Origin: Planctomycetota bacterium
GTDB taxonomy: Bacteria > Planctomycetota > UBA1135
Reading direction: 5' to 3'
NCBI GenBank assembly: GCA_021776925.1
Contig: JAJFFB010000042.1
Location: forward strand, 1,961-65,960
DNA: 64,000 nucleotides
Of this stretch, positions 9,549-19,166 are shown piece by piece. The translations under genes and the position numbers were made by a program. How positions within the stretch are numbered: position 1 is the stretch's first letter; the number at the start of each line of letters is the position of its first letter. The notes below the pieces were generated by a model that did not search any database, was not told the DNA's origin, and saw only the letters and a list, made by a program, of their open reading frames with translations.

Positions 9549-11134
9549 CCTCCGGCGAGCCGCTGCCGCCGATCGTCCGCACCCCGTGGCATGGCCGCCT
9601 CAGTGTGCGTCTGGGGGTGCTTGTCGGCGCCGGGCTCACCGCGCTTTTCCTCACCCAGCCGAGCCTCGAGTCATTGGGCTATCGCTTCACCAGCTTGCCC
9701 GACCCACGCCTGGAAGATCGCTACAGCATCTACACCAACCTGATGCTGGGAGTGATTGCCGGCGGCCAGTTGGAGCAGGGGCAATGGACCATGGCCCCCT
9801 CCTTGGCACCGTCCTATCGACGCTTTCTCGAGGAAAATGGCATGGGTTTCCTGTGGGTGGATGAACAGGGTTTGGTGGTCGACTGCTTTCCCGCCGCCGC
9901 CCACCCTGCTGGCGTGCCCTGGAGCCATCCCTTGTCGGCACGCCTGCCCTACGAGTATCCAATCCAGGTCGATGGCGAGGCGCACTCCTGGCGGGCGTTC
10001 CCGATCCCAGTCGCCAACGACGAGGAAGAGGAGATCGGTCACGTGGTGGCCCTGCTGCCTGGTTCGGAAAATCGGACCACCGCCGAATTCAGGGGCGATT
10101 TGCATACCGCGGTCAACAATGCGTTGCAGTACTACGCCTGGCGCACCGAAGACCTGTGGGATCCACCGCTGCACGATCACCTTCTCAATCACGCTACCAA
10201 GGCTGGGATCCGCATGCGGCGCATCCTGGCGATCTCGATCCCGGTGGTCTTCATGGTGCTGCTCGGGGTCATGATTTCGGTGGTCTTCACGCGCCGGCTC
10301 TCCAGCTTGATCCAGGAAGCCTCGCAGCCACTGGCGATCGGCAGTGATCTTCCCGGTCCCTTCCGCGACGCCGGACGCGATGAATTGGCGCAGCTCGGCC
10401 GTGCCTTGAATGGCATGCGCGACCGCATGGGGGTGTTGCTGGAAGATCTTGCCGACCAGGAGAACGAGCGCCGCAACTGGATCGCCCAGGTCTCGCACGA
10501 CATTCGCACTCCATTGGCGGCCCTGATCGTTTGTCTGGAACGCGCGGCGCGCAGCGCTGAACCCGAGCAGGTCGACCAGCGCACCCGCGAGCTGCTCCAG
10601 GCCGCTCTATTCGACGCCGAACGCGTGCGCCTGCTCACCGATGATCTGCTCGAAGTCGCGCGCCTCGACGCCGGCGAATCGATGCGCTTCGAGGAGCTGC
10701 TGCCGGAAGAAATGATCCACGAACTGGTGCGCGGAATGGCGCCGCTGGCCGAATCCCAGGGAAAAAAACTGATCCACCGCATCGAGGGAGTCACGCCTAG
10801 CGTAAAGGCCGACGGCCGACTGTTGTTCAGGGCGCTGGAAAACCTGGTGCGCAACGCCTTGCGTCACGCCGAGCAGACGGTTGAGGTCGGGCTCGTCGTC
10901 CACGGCGGCTCGCTGTGTTTCCGCGTCGCCGACGACGGTCCCGGCTTCCCGGTTGCCCCCGGAACCCTGGACCTGGCGCGGCTGAAACAGCTCGGCCAGC
11001 TATCCGATTCCTCTGGCCTGGGGTTGCGCCTGACCAACCGCGTTGTGCAAGCGCACGATTCCAATCTGGTCTTGGGAACCTCTGCGGCCGGCGGCGCGCA
11101 AGTTACCTTCGAACTGCCCGCCGCGGGTCCTTGA
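9545..11134 (+). CDS. HAMP-domain sensor histidine kinase
   Basis: ATGA overlap with the regulator; two TM helices; SHDIRTP H-box, NLVRNALRH N-box, DDGPG and GLGL boxes. Confidence 0.93.
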   Translation: MTSGEPLPPIVRTPWHGRLSVRLGVLVGAGLTALFLTQPSLESLGYRFTSLPDPRLEDRYSIYTNLMLGVIAGGQLEQGQWTMAPSLAPSYRRFLEENGMGFLWVDEQGLVVDCFPAAAHPAGVPWSHPLSARLPYEYPIQVDGEAHSWRAFPIPVANDEEEEIGHVVALLPGSENRTTAEFRGDLHTAVNNALQYYAWRTEDLWDPPLHDHLLNHATKAGIRMRRILAISIPVVFMVLLGVMISVVFTRRLSSLIQEASQPLAIGSDLPGPFRDAGRDELAQLGRALNGMRDRMGVLLEDLADQENERRNWIAQVSHDIRTPLAALIVCLERAARSAEPEQVDQRTRELLQAALFDAERVRLLTDDLLEVARLDAGESMRFEELLPEEMIHELVRGMAPLAESQGKKLIHRIEGVTPSVKADGRLLFRALENLVRNALRHAEQTVEVGLVVHGGSLCFRVADDGPGFPVAPGTLDLARLKQLGQLSDSSGLGLRLTNRVVQAHDSNLVLGTSAAGGAQVTFELPAAGP

Positions 11135-11137
11135 GCG

Positions 11138-12433
11138 GTGCTGCGGCTGCTGCACACTTCGGACTGGCACCTTGGCCACCGCCTCTACGGCCAGGCGCGG
11201 GAAGCCGAACATCAGCGCTTCCTGAACTGGTTGCTGGAGCAATTGGAAGCACACCAGGTCGACGCATTGCTGGTGGCCGGGGACGTTTTTGACCTGGCCA
11301 ATCCGCCGACCAGCGCCTTGGCGGCGTGGTACGCCTTCCTGGCCGACACGCGGCGTCGTCTGCCCGATCTGGATCTCGTGGTGGTCGCCGGCAACCACGA
11401 TTCCCCGGCGCGCATCGAAGCCCCCGGCCCCTTGTTCGAAGCCCTGGGAATGCGTGCGGTGGGACGTCTGGGCGATTCTCCCGCCGACGGCGAACGCGTC
11501 ATGGTTCCGCTGCGCGACCGCGACGGGGAGGTTGCGGCGTGGTGCGCGGCGCTGCCCTATTTGCGCCCCGCCGATCTGCAATCTGCGGCCCGGGCCGCGG
11601 CCGGCGTCGGCCCCGAGGCGGGTGCCGAGGATCCATGGATCGCGGGGCACCGCGAGATCTACCAGCGGGCCGCGGACGCACTGCAGCAACGCGCAGGGGC
11701 GCAGGCTGCATGCATCGCCACCGGCCACTGCCACCTGGTCGGCGGCCAGCTCTCGGAGATGTCCGAACGACGCATCCAAGGCGGTGGCGAACACGCCTTG
11801 CCATCGGAGGTCTTTCCGCCGTCGCTCCACTACGTGGCCCTGGGTCACCTGCACCGGGCCCAGCGCGTAGGCGGACTCGACCACGTCCGCTACTGTGGTT
11901 CCCCGATCCCTTTGTCGATGGCCGAGGCGGGTTACCAGCATCAGGTGCTGCGCGTCGATTTTGATGGCCCCCGACTGGACCGGGTGGAGCCGCTGCGAGT
12001 GCCGCGCAGCGTCGAGATGCTGCATCTGCCAGCTGGGGGGGGGGCAGGGCAAGAAGGTACTTCAGGAACGGGGTGCAATCTGGACGAGGTGCTGCAGCTG
12101 CTGCACGATCTGCCTGCGCGGTCGCCTGGAGACCTGCACGAGGATCTCCCCTTTCTTGAAGTCTGTGTGCGCTTGGACCAGCCCGAAGCGGGCCTCGCCC
12201 GGCGCGTGCGCGACGCGGTCGCCGACCGCGCCGTGCGTCTGGTGCGCCTGCAGATCGAGCGAGCCACAGCCGCATCGGGACCGCAGCCAGTGGCACCGGC
12301 TCTGTTGCAGGACTGGACACCGCAGGAAGTGCTGCGCGCACGCTGGAAGCGCGAGTTTTCCAGCGAGCCCGACGCCGAGGTGCTGGCCTTGTTTCAGCAG
12401 GTGGTGCAGGAGGTGGAGGACTTCGAAGAATGA
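11138..12433 (+). CDS. sbcD: Exonuclease SbcCD subunit D
   Basis: HTSDWHLG, AGDVFD, GNHDS and ALGHLH metallophosphoesterase motifs; adjacent to sbcC. Confidence 0.93.
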   Translation: MLRLLHTSDWHLGHRLYGQAREAEHQRFLNWLLEQLEAHQVDALLVAGDVFDLANPPTSALAAWYAFLADTRRRLPDLDLVVVAGNHDSPARIEAPGPLFEALGMRAVGRLGDSPADGERVMVPLRDRDGEVAAWCAALPYLRPADLQSAARAAAGVGPEAGAEDPWIAGHREIYQRAADALQQRAGAQAACIATGHCHLVGGQLSEMSERRIQGGGEHALPSEVFPPSLHYVALGHLHRAQRVGGLDHVRYCGSPIPLSMAEAGYQHQVLRVDFDGPRLDRVEPLRVPRSVEMLHLPAGGGAGQEGTSGTGCNLDEVLQLLHDLPARSPGDLHEDLPFLEVCVRLDQPEAGLARRVRDAVADRAVRLVRLQIERATAASGPQPVAPALLQDWTPQEVLRARWKREFSSEPDAEVLALFQQVVQEVEDFEE

Positions 12434-15400
12434 GAGTCCTGGCGATCCGTGGGCACAACCTGGCCAGTTTGAAGGGCGATTTCGAACTCGACCTGCGCCC
12501 CGGATCGATCGCCGATGCCGGCCTGTTTGCAATCACCGGGCCGACCGGTTCGGGCAAAAGCACCTTGCTCGACGCGATGTGTCTGGCTCTCTACGGTCGC
12601 ACTCCACGCCTCGGCGGCGGAGCCCACGTGCACCTGGCCGACGCCGACAGCCACATCGCCGCCAATGATCCGCGCAACCTGCTCAGCCGCGGATGCGCCG
12701 AAGGCTGGGCAGAATGTGATTTCCTTGGCGCGGATCAGTTCGAATACCGCGCGCGCTGGCGGGTGCGCCGCGCCAGGCTGCGCAGCGGCGGGCGCCTGCA
12801 GGCCGCGCAAATGACGCTTATGCGTATGCCCGAGGCAGATCCTCTGGGCGATCGCAATCGTGAGGTGCGCGCCGCCATCGAGGGCGTGGTCGGTCTCAAC
12901 TACGCTCAGTTCTGCCGCACCGTGCTGCTGGCCCAGGGTGATTTCGCTGCATTTCTGCGTGCGCCGGCCCCGGAGCGTGCACGCCTGCTCGAGGCGATGA
13001 CCGCGACCAGGATCTACGGGCGGATCTCGCAGGCGGTGTACCGGCATCACGCCGATCTTGACGATCAGTTGCATGGCCTGCGCCGTCAACGCGAAGCACT
13101 GGAACCTCTGGGCGACGAGGAAATCGCCGCCCTGGACCAAGGACTGGGCCAAAAGAACCACCGCCACCAGGCCTTGGTGAAGGAACTGGCCGAACTGGAG
13201 CGCATCCTGCAATGGCAGGAGCAGGAGGCGGAGTTCGTGCGGCACTCCGAGCAGGCCGAAGTCGCGGTGCAAGCCGCTCATGAGGCGTGGGCCAGGCTCA
13301 GCGGCCAGGACGCGTCCATGAAACCGGACCAGGTGGTCGCCGCGATGCGACCGCAGATCGAAAACGGGCGCGGTTTGTCTTCGGACCTGGGACTGTTGGG
13401 CTCCCAGCTGCACGAACTTCAGGAGGAAGACGCCGCTGCTCAAGGCAAGGCCGAGCACGCGCTCGCTCAACGCCTCAAGGATGCCCAGCATCTCGAAGAA
13501 CTCCGCGGCAAGACCGCAGAGTACGCCAGGTGGTTACAGCAGCACGCCGCCGACGTCGCGCGGGCGCGCGGCTGGCCGGCTTTGCGCGCCGAATTGCTTG
13601 CCAGCCTCGAAATCGGTGAGGAGCGCGATGCTGCCGCAGCGGATTTGCAGAAGAACCGCCACAATCTGCAAACGCTGGAGCAAGAAGCCGGCGCCAGCGA
13701 CCGCGACCTGGCTTCCTTGGGCCAGATCCAGCTCTCCGTGGATCAGCTGACCGCCGAAATCGAAACCACGCGCCGTCGCCATGAAATGCTCGAGCGGCTC
13801 GTCGAAGCGCTGACCCGGATGCGGTCGGCGCGCACCGCCGAACTGGCCGAACGCCAAGGATGGCAACAGCAAGGCGACCTGATCACACAGATCCAGGAGC
13901 AAGTCATCGCGCTCGAAGCCACCATGGCCGAACGCCAGCGACTGCACAGCCAGATGCAGGAACGAGCCGGACTGGAACATAAGCGCCAGGCCCTGGTCGA
14001 GGGCCAGCCATGCCCGCTCTGTGGGGCCACCCAGCATCCATGGTCCAGCGATCAACCACCACTGGATCATGAACTCGAAGTCCTGTTGCAGCAAGACGCG
14101 CTCCAGTTGCGTGCTCTGCGCTCCCAGGACCAGCAAGCCGGGGAAGCGCGGCAGTCGCATCAAACCTCATGCGAGCACCAGGTTGCCGAGCACCGCCGTG
14201 CATCAGACCTTGCGCAGGACCTTGGCCGGGAGCTGGACTTGGAGGTCGAAGGCTGCACGCCCGAACAGGCCACCGAAATGCTGGAGGAAGCCAGCGCACG
14301 CCTTACCCAAGCAGACGGCCAGCGCAAGAAGTTCCGGGTTGATTGGCAGGCAGCGCAGCGAATGCAGGATTTGCAACGCAGAATAGAGGCTCTGGGCGCG
14401 CTGCTACCGGCGCAAGAGGAAGCTCTGGCCCGCTTACGCAATCGCTGGTCGCAACGCGAAGCACGCCTGCAAGATTCTCTCGGCGAGGATTGGGCGCGCT
14501 TTCTTGAGCAGGGTGAAGCCTTCCTGGTCCGGGTCGATCAACGCTGCGCCCAGGCAGACATGGTTTTCCTGAAGGAGCAGCAGGCGAGCAAGGCAGAACA
14601 AGCCGCCACCGCCGAACTCAAGCTGGCCGAGTTGGTTTTGGGCAAACAGAGGCAAGCCGCGGTGTCAAGCGCCGCTCGCCTGGCGCGCAGCACGCAGGCA
14701 TGGGAACAGCGTCGGCGAGAACTGATGACGCTGACCGGCGGAACCGAGTTCTCCGTCTTCGAGGACCATTGGAAGGAATTGGAACAGCGGGTCACCGACC
14801 AGAGGCTCGCGCAGAGTGCCTTGCAGCGCCACCGCGCGGGATATGCCTTCCGCCAGTATCAGGATCCGCCGGCCGCGGTGCGCTGCGCCAAGCAGGCCGA
14901 ACTCAAGCAGCTTGAGTCTGAACGCGACCGCCTGCGAGTGGAGATCGACCGCCAACAGCGAGTGCGTGATCAGGCTCTCGCTTTTGACCGGCAACTGCAG
15001 CAGGCTGCGCAGCAAGGGGAGCACTGGGATCGCCTCAACCAGGTGATCGGCAGTCAGAATGGTTCCGCCTTGCGCGATTTTGCCCAGGGTTTGAATCTGG
15101 ACCGCCTGCTCTTGGAGAGCAACGCGATCCTGGAGCAGCTGTCAGGTCGTTACCGCTTGCAACGCATTCCCGGCAACGACCTCGACCTGCAGGTGGCCGA
15201 TCTGGCCATGGGCGAAGAGGTGCGCAGCGTCGACGGCCTCTCCGGCGGCGAGAGCTTTCTGGTGTCCTTGGCTCTGGCGCTAGGACTCGCGGCGATGAGC
15301 GGCACCAGGCACGCCCTCGACACCCTCTTCCTCGACGAGGGCTTCGGCACCCTGGATCCCGAGAGTCTGGAAACGGCTCTCGGCGTGCTCGATCAGCTGC

Positions 15401-15522
15401 AGGCCGAAGGACGGGTGATCGGCGTCATTTCGCACGTCGAAGAACTCGCCGAACGGGTAGGCAGTCGCGTCGAGGTGGTCCCAATCGGCGGCGGATTCAG
15501 CCGCCTGCAATGCAGCACCTGA
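12430..15522 (+). CDS. sbcC: Exonuclease SbcCD subunit C (SMC-like ATPase)
   Basis: Walker A GPTGSGKST, zinc hook CPLCG, LSGGE signature, FLDEGFGTLD Walker B, long coiled coil. Confidence 0.95.
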   Translation: MRVLAIRGHNLASLKGDFELDLRPGSIADAGLFAITGPTGSGKSTLLDAMCLALYGRTPRLGGGAHVHLADADSHIAANDPRNLLSRGCAEGWAECDFLGADQFEYRARWRVRRARLRSGGRLQAAQMTLMRMPEADPLGDRNREVRAAIEGVVGLNYAQFCRTVLLAQGDFAAFLRAPAPERARLLEAMTATRIYGRISQAVYRHHADLDDQLHGLRRQREALEPLGDEEIAALDQGLGQKNHRHQALVKELAELERILQWQEQEAEFVRHSEQAEVAVQAAHEAWARLSGQDASMKPDQVVAAMRPQIENGRGLSSDLGLLGSQLHELQEEDAAAQGKAEHALAQRLKDAQHLEELRGKTAEYARWLQQHAADVARARGWPALRAELLASLEIGEERDAAAADLQKNRHNLQTLEQEAGASDRDLASLGQIQLSVDQLTAEIETTRRRHEMLERLVEALTRMRSARTAELAERQGWQQQGDLITQIQEQVIALEATMAERQRLHSQMQERAGLEHKRQALVEGQPCPLCGATQHPWSSDQPPLDHELEVLLQQDALQLRALRSQDQQAGEARQSHQTSCEHQVAEHRRASDLAQDLGRELDLEVEGCTPEQATEMLEEASARLTQADGQRKKFRVDWQAAQRMQDLQRRIEALGALLPAQEEALARLRNRWSQREARLQDSLGEDWARFLEQGEAFLVRVDQRCAQADMVFLKEQQASKAEQAATAELKLAELVLGKQRQAAVSSAARLARSTQAWEQRRRELMTLTGGTEFSVFEDHWKELEQRVTDQRLAQSALQRHRAGYAFRQYQDPPAAVRCAKQAELKQLESERDRLRVEIDRQQRVRDQALAFDRQLQQAAQQGEHWDRLNQVIGSQNGSALRDFAQGLNLDRLLLESNAILEQLSGRYRLQRIPGNDLDLQVADLAMGEEVRSVDGLSGGESFLVSLALALGLAAMSGTRHALDTLFLDEGFGTLDPESLETALGVLDQLQAEGRVIGVISHVEELAERVGSRVEVVPIGGGFSRLQCST

Positions 15523-15576
15523 GCCAGGACCGCGACCACCGCCGCCTGCAGCGCAGAAGCCGAACGGAGCCGGTCC

Positions 15577-16746
15577 TCAGCCGGTGGCGCCGCTGCCGCG
15601 CAAGCTGTTGGCGGCCCAACGCCAAGGCGCCTTCCACCAGTCACCACCACCGACGGTTTGTTCGACCCGCTCGAAGATGCCGAGTTCGGCCAGGCACTGT
15701 TCGACCGCGTCGACCGCGGACTGGGTGCCGTTGTAGTCGAGTCGTTCCGGGCCACCGCGGTAACGATGCAGACAGGCGAGGAATCCGGCGATGTCGGCAG
15801 CGTCCAGTTCGGCCGGGCGCCGTTGCAGGCCGCGCCCGCTGCGTTCGAGATAATGCGCGTTGATGCGCTGCTCATCGTTGCCGGCCTCGGGAAGGGCCAG
15901 CACCGGCTTACCGAGGAATAGGCATTCGCCCAGCAGCTGGTTTCCGGCCGCACAGACCACGCCGGCGCTGCTCACCAGGTCGTCGAGGAAACCGCTTTCG
16001 CTGATCGGCCGGAAACGTAGGTTGTCGCTGTCTTCTATGTCGTCACCGCCGTAGACGCGGACTTCGCGCCCGCAATGGCGCAGCGCCTCGAGCACCGTGT
16101 CCGGCGTCGAACGGCGCAGATAAGCCAATAGGTGGTAGCCGTCCAAGGGTTGGCGTGCGGCGAGTTCGGGTCGGATCATCGAACGCACCTGGAACACGTG
16201 GCGCTTGCTCGGCCGGATTCCTGGTGCGTAGAAGGACGAGACGATGGTGGCGTGCTGTTTGCCATAGAAAGTGCGGATGCCGGCCCCGAGGGCGCGCGCG
16301 CGGGTGCGCAGACCCCAGGGCAGGGAGGACAAGTCGTTCTCGCGCAAGAAGTGCTGGTGATCGAGACTCAGATAGGGAACCTTGGCGCGCTCGGCGGCGC
16401 GGGCCAGCGCCGGTTCGAAATCGGTCAGCACCAGGTCCGGCTTCTGCTCGCGGATCTCCTTGGCCAGGCGTCGCACAAGTGCCGGCATGCCGCCGAGGTA
16501 CCTGAGGCTGCGCAGCGCCGTGCGCGGTCCCGAAATACGCCCATTGTCGCGGTGCTCCCAGCACAGCGATGGGATCTCGCGGACCTCGACCTCGCTGCCG
16601 CGATAGAGCGGCTCAAGAAAGCGGTAGGCGTCCTCGCCGGCGTAGATCACGATCTGGTGGCGATGGCGCAGGGCTTCGGTCAAGGTGCGCACACGAACGG
16701 CGTGTCCGCGGCCCTCGCCGGCGACGCTGTAGAAAATCTTGGCCAT
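15577..16746 (-). CDS. GT-B glycosyltransferase, MJ1255/VC2487-like
   Basis: YSVAGEGRGHAVR, TDFEP, SLDHQH, AGNQLLGE and EQRINA motifs. Confidence 0.85.
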   Translation of the reverse strand: MAKIFYSVAGEGRGHAVRVRTLTEALRHRHQIVIYAGEDAYRFLEPLYRGSEVEVREIPSLCWEHRDNGRISGPRTALRSLRYLGGMPALVRRLAKEIREQKPDLVLTDFEPALARAAERAKVPYLSLDHQHFLRENDLSSLPWGLRTRARALGAGIRTFYGKQHATIVSSFYAPGIRPSKRHVFQVRSMIRPELAARQPLDGYHLLAYLRRSTPDTVLEALRHCGREVRVYGGDDIEDSDNLRFRPISESGFLDDLVSSAGVVCAAGNQLLGECLFLGKPVLALPEAGNDEQRINAHYLERSGRGLQRRPAELDAADIAGFLACLHRYRGGPERLDYNGTQSAVDAVEQCLAELGIFERVEQTVGGGDWWKAPWRWAANSLRGSGATG

Positions 16747-16831
16747 GTCCACCTATTGGGATTCTGCTGGCTGCGATTGCGCCCGCCCGGCCAGGTCCGC
16801 AGGGGGCCGGCCGTGCTGCTAGTTTGTGCCG

Positions 16832-17110
16832 ATGGCATTCCGGGTCCAGGTCCGGTTCACCCCGCAGCTGCGCCGCTTTGTCGAGGCGCCAGAGCCCGAG
16901 GTCCACGCCGACACCCCGCGCGCGGCTTTGGAAGCAGTCTTCGCCGATGAGCCACGCCTGCGCTCCTACCTTCTCGACGATCAGGGCGAACTGCGTCAGC
17001 ATGTCGCGCTTTTCGTCGACGGCAAGCTATTGCGCAAGGCTGAGGACCTGGACCGCGAGCTGGAACAGGAATGCGAAATCCACTTCATGCAGGCCCTTTC
17101 CGGCGGCTGA
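16832..17110 (+). CDS. MoaD/ThiS-family ubiquitin-like protein
   Basis: About 92 aa, YLLDDQGELRQHVALFVDG, C-terminal ALSGG. Confidence 0.9.
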   Translation: MAFRVQVRFTPQLRRFVEAPEPEVHADTPRAALEAVFADEPRLRSYLLDDQGELRQHVALFVDGKLLRKAEDLDRELEQECEIHFMQALSGG

Positions 17111-17124
17111 GACCGCCTTCGTCC

Positions 17125-18222
17125 ATGCGTCTGAACGTTGCCACCCGCAAAGGTCTTTTTACCCTGGTCCGCTCCGCCGACGGATGGCAGGTCGAGGATC
17201 ATTCCTTCCCCGGCGATCCGGTCACCATGACTTTGTGGGACCCGCGCGACCGCAGTCTCTACGCGGCCCTGAAGCTCGGGCATTACGGGCCCAAGCTGCA
17301 GCGGCGCGAGGCGGGCGGAGAGTGGCAGGAGGCGGCCGCTCCGGCGATGCCGCCGGAGCAGGAAAACGGCGCGGTGACCGAGCTGTCCCCGGGGCAGGAA
17401 AACACTTCGGTGACCGAGCTGTGGGCTCTGGAATGCGCCGGCAGCGAGGCCGGCGACCTATGGTGCGGCACCCTCCCGGGGGCCTTGTTCCGCTCGCGCG
17501 ACGCCGGTGCGTCCTGGCAGATGAACCAGGCCTTATGGGACCATCCCGGACGCCAGCAGTGGTTCGGTGGCGGTGCCGACGAGCCAGCCATTCACAGCAT
17601 CTGCGTGCACCCGCACAAGCCGGCCGAGGTCGTCGTCGGCGTTTCCGTCGGCGGGGTCTGGCAGAGCGATGACGACGGCGGAAGCTGGCGCAACATCGCC
17701 CAAGGCATGCGCGCGGCCTACGTGCCCGAGGAACAGCAGTTCGATGCGGACGTGCAGGATCCCCACCTGGTGGTGCGTTGTGCCGGCCAGCCCGAGGTCC
17801 TGTGGAGCCAGCACCACAACGGCATCTTCCGCCGCGCTGCCGTCGGCGCCGACTGGGAAGAGATCACCACCGCGCCGCTGTCCTCCTTCGGTTTCGCCGT
17901 GGCCGTCCACCCCTCCGATCCGGCTCGCGCCTGGTTCCTCCCCGCGATCAGCGACGAGTGCAGGATTCCGGTCGATGCTGCGCTGGTCGTCAACCGCACC
18001 CGCGACGCGGGGGCGAGCTTCGAGAGTTTGCGCCGCGGCCTGCCCCAGCAGCACGCCTACGACCTGGTGTTCCGCCACGCTCTGGCCATCGATGACAGCG
18101 GCGAGATCCTGGCCTTCGGCTCGACCTGCGGCGGACTGTGGCTCAGCGAAGACGGCGGCGAGCAGTGGCAGGACCTTGGTCTGCGCCTGCCGCCGGTCTA
18201 CTGCGTACGCTTCGCCGGCTGA
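17125..18222 (+). CDS. BNR/Asp-box beta-propeller (sialidase-like) protein
   Basis: SRDAGASW, SDDDGGSW and SEDGGEQW Asp-boxes; ATRKGLF start; QDPH and QHHNG motifs. Confidence 0.85.
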   Translation: MRLNVATRKGLFTLVRSADGWQVEDHSFPGDPVTMTLWDPRDRSLYAALKLGHYGPKLQRREAGGEWQEAAAPAMPPEQENGAVTELSPGQENTSVTELWALECAGSEAGDLWCGTLPGALFRSRDAGASWQMNQALWDHPGRQQWFGGGADEPAIHSICVHPHKPAEVVVGVSVGGVWQSDDDGGSWRNIAQGMRAAYVPEEQQFDADVQDPHLVVRCAGQPEVLWSQHHNGIFRRAAVGADWEEITTAPLSSFGFAVAVHPSDPARAWFLPAISDECRIPVDAALVVNRTRDAGASFESLRRGLPQQHAYDLVFRHALAIDDSGEILAFGSTCGGLWLSEDGGEQWQDLGLRLPPVYCVRFAG

Positions 18223-19166
18223 GGATCGCTGTCCTGCGGCGCCTTGTCGGCATCGCTGTGATAGTCCTTGCGGACCGACTGGAAGCGCTCTTCGAAGCCC
18301 TCCATCCACGCCAGGATCAGGGTCAGCGCCCCTTCCTGACTGTGGCGCATGGTGAAGGTGTGGTCGGCGTCAGGAATGATCTGCACGCTGACCTGGCTTT
18401 CGACCTGGGCGGAGGAGTATCCGGTCAGTTCCTTTTGTCCGAGCAGCAGCCGCAGCTGGTCCCAGCCAGGGTCGCCCTTGGAGAAGAGGAATAGGATGCA
18501 GGATCCGCGATCGAGGATCTTGCTCATCTGGCCGGAGAACCAGTCCTTGGCGTGATTCAGTGTTTTGCTCGGCCGGAACCACTCGCGTACCTGGAAGGCC
18601 AGCGCCATGCCGATCTTCTTGAAGGAACTCTTGCCGGTCAGGAAGCGCTTCCAGCTGTGTTTGCGGAAGGTCGCGCGGCGCCAGTAGAAACGCGCATCGC
18701 GCTCCATGCTGGCGTATTTCTCCCAGTTTGTGTCGAGTTCGTAGTCGCGCGTGTTGAGCAGGATCGCACCGACCACACGCTCGTCGCGCGCGGCGAAACC
18801 AAAGGAGGCCTGGCCACCGACGCACAGGCCGATGAGGACGAACCGCTTGTAGCCGTAGTCCTCTTCCAACAACGCCATGACCTCGCGGCACTGGCTCAGC
18901 CACTGGAGCTTGATCGATTCGCCATCTTTGCGTACGTCGGTGTTGCCGATGCCGGAAAGGTCGAATCGAGCCGCAGGAATCCCTAGTTTGACCAGTCGGC
19001 GTGCCAGACGGACGGCGAGACGGTGGGGGCCGACGCGGTGGGTCATCCCCGAGTTCAGGATGATCACGCATAAATCGGGTTCGCTTTCCCGGTCTTCTTG
19101 GAAGGGATGGACTATGCCAAAGACTTCTGAAAAGCCCGAGGTACAGGTGAAGGGGAATTCCCTCAT
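18198..19166 (-). CDS. Alpha/beta hydrolase with Cys at the nucleophile elbow (exosortase-A hydrolase 1-like)
   Basis: HRVGPHR, RFDLSGIG, GLCVGG, ADHTF; ATGA overlap with the upstream gene. Confidence 0.75.
   Translation of the reverse strand: MREFPFTCTSGFSEVFGIVHPFQEDRESEPDLCVIILNSGMTHRVGPHRLAVRLARRLVKLGIPAARFDLSGIGNTDVRKDGESIKLQWLSQCREVMALLEEDYGYKRFVLIGLCVGGQASFGFAARDERVVGAILLNTRDYELDTNWEKYASMERDARFYWRRATFRKHSWKRFLTGKSSFKKIGMALAFQVREWFRPSKTLNHAKDWFSGQMSKILDRGSCILFLFSKGDPGWDQLRLLLGQKELTGYSSAQVESQVSVQIIPDADHTFTMRHSQEGALTLILAWMEGFEERFQSVRKDYHSDADKAPQDSDPQPAKRTQ

Noticed and set aside
11138-15522. SMC-like ATPase + nuclease as a novel defence system (Wadjet/Lamassu-like)
   Set aside because: Motifs, zinc hook and gene order match ordinary SbcD-SbcC; no additional effector genes.
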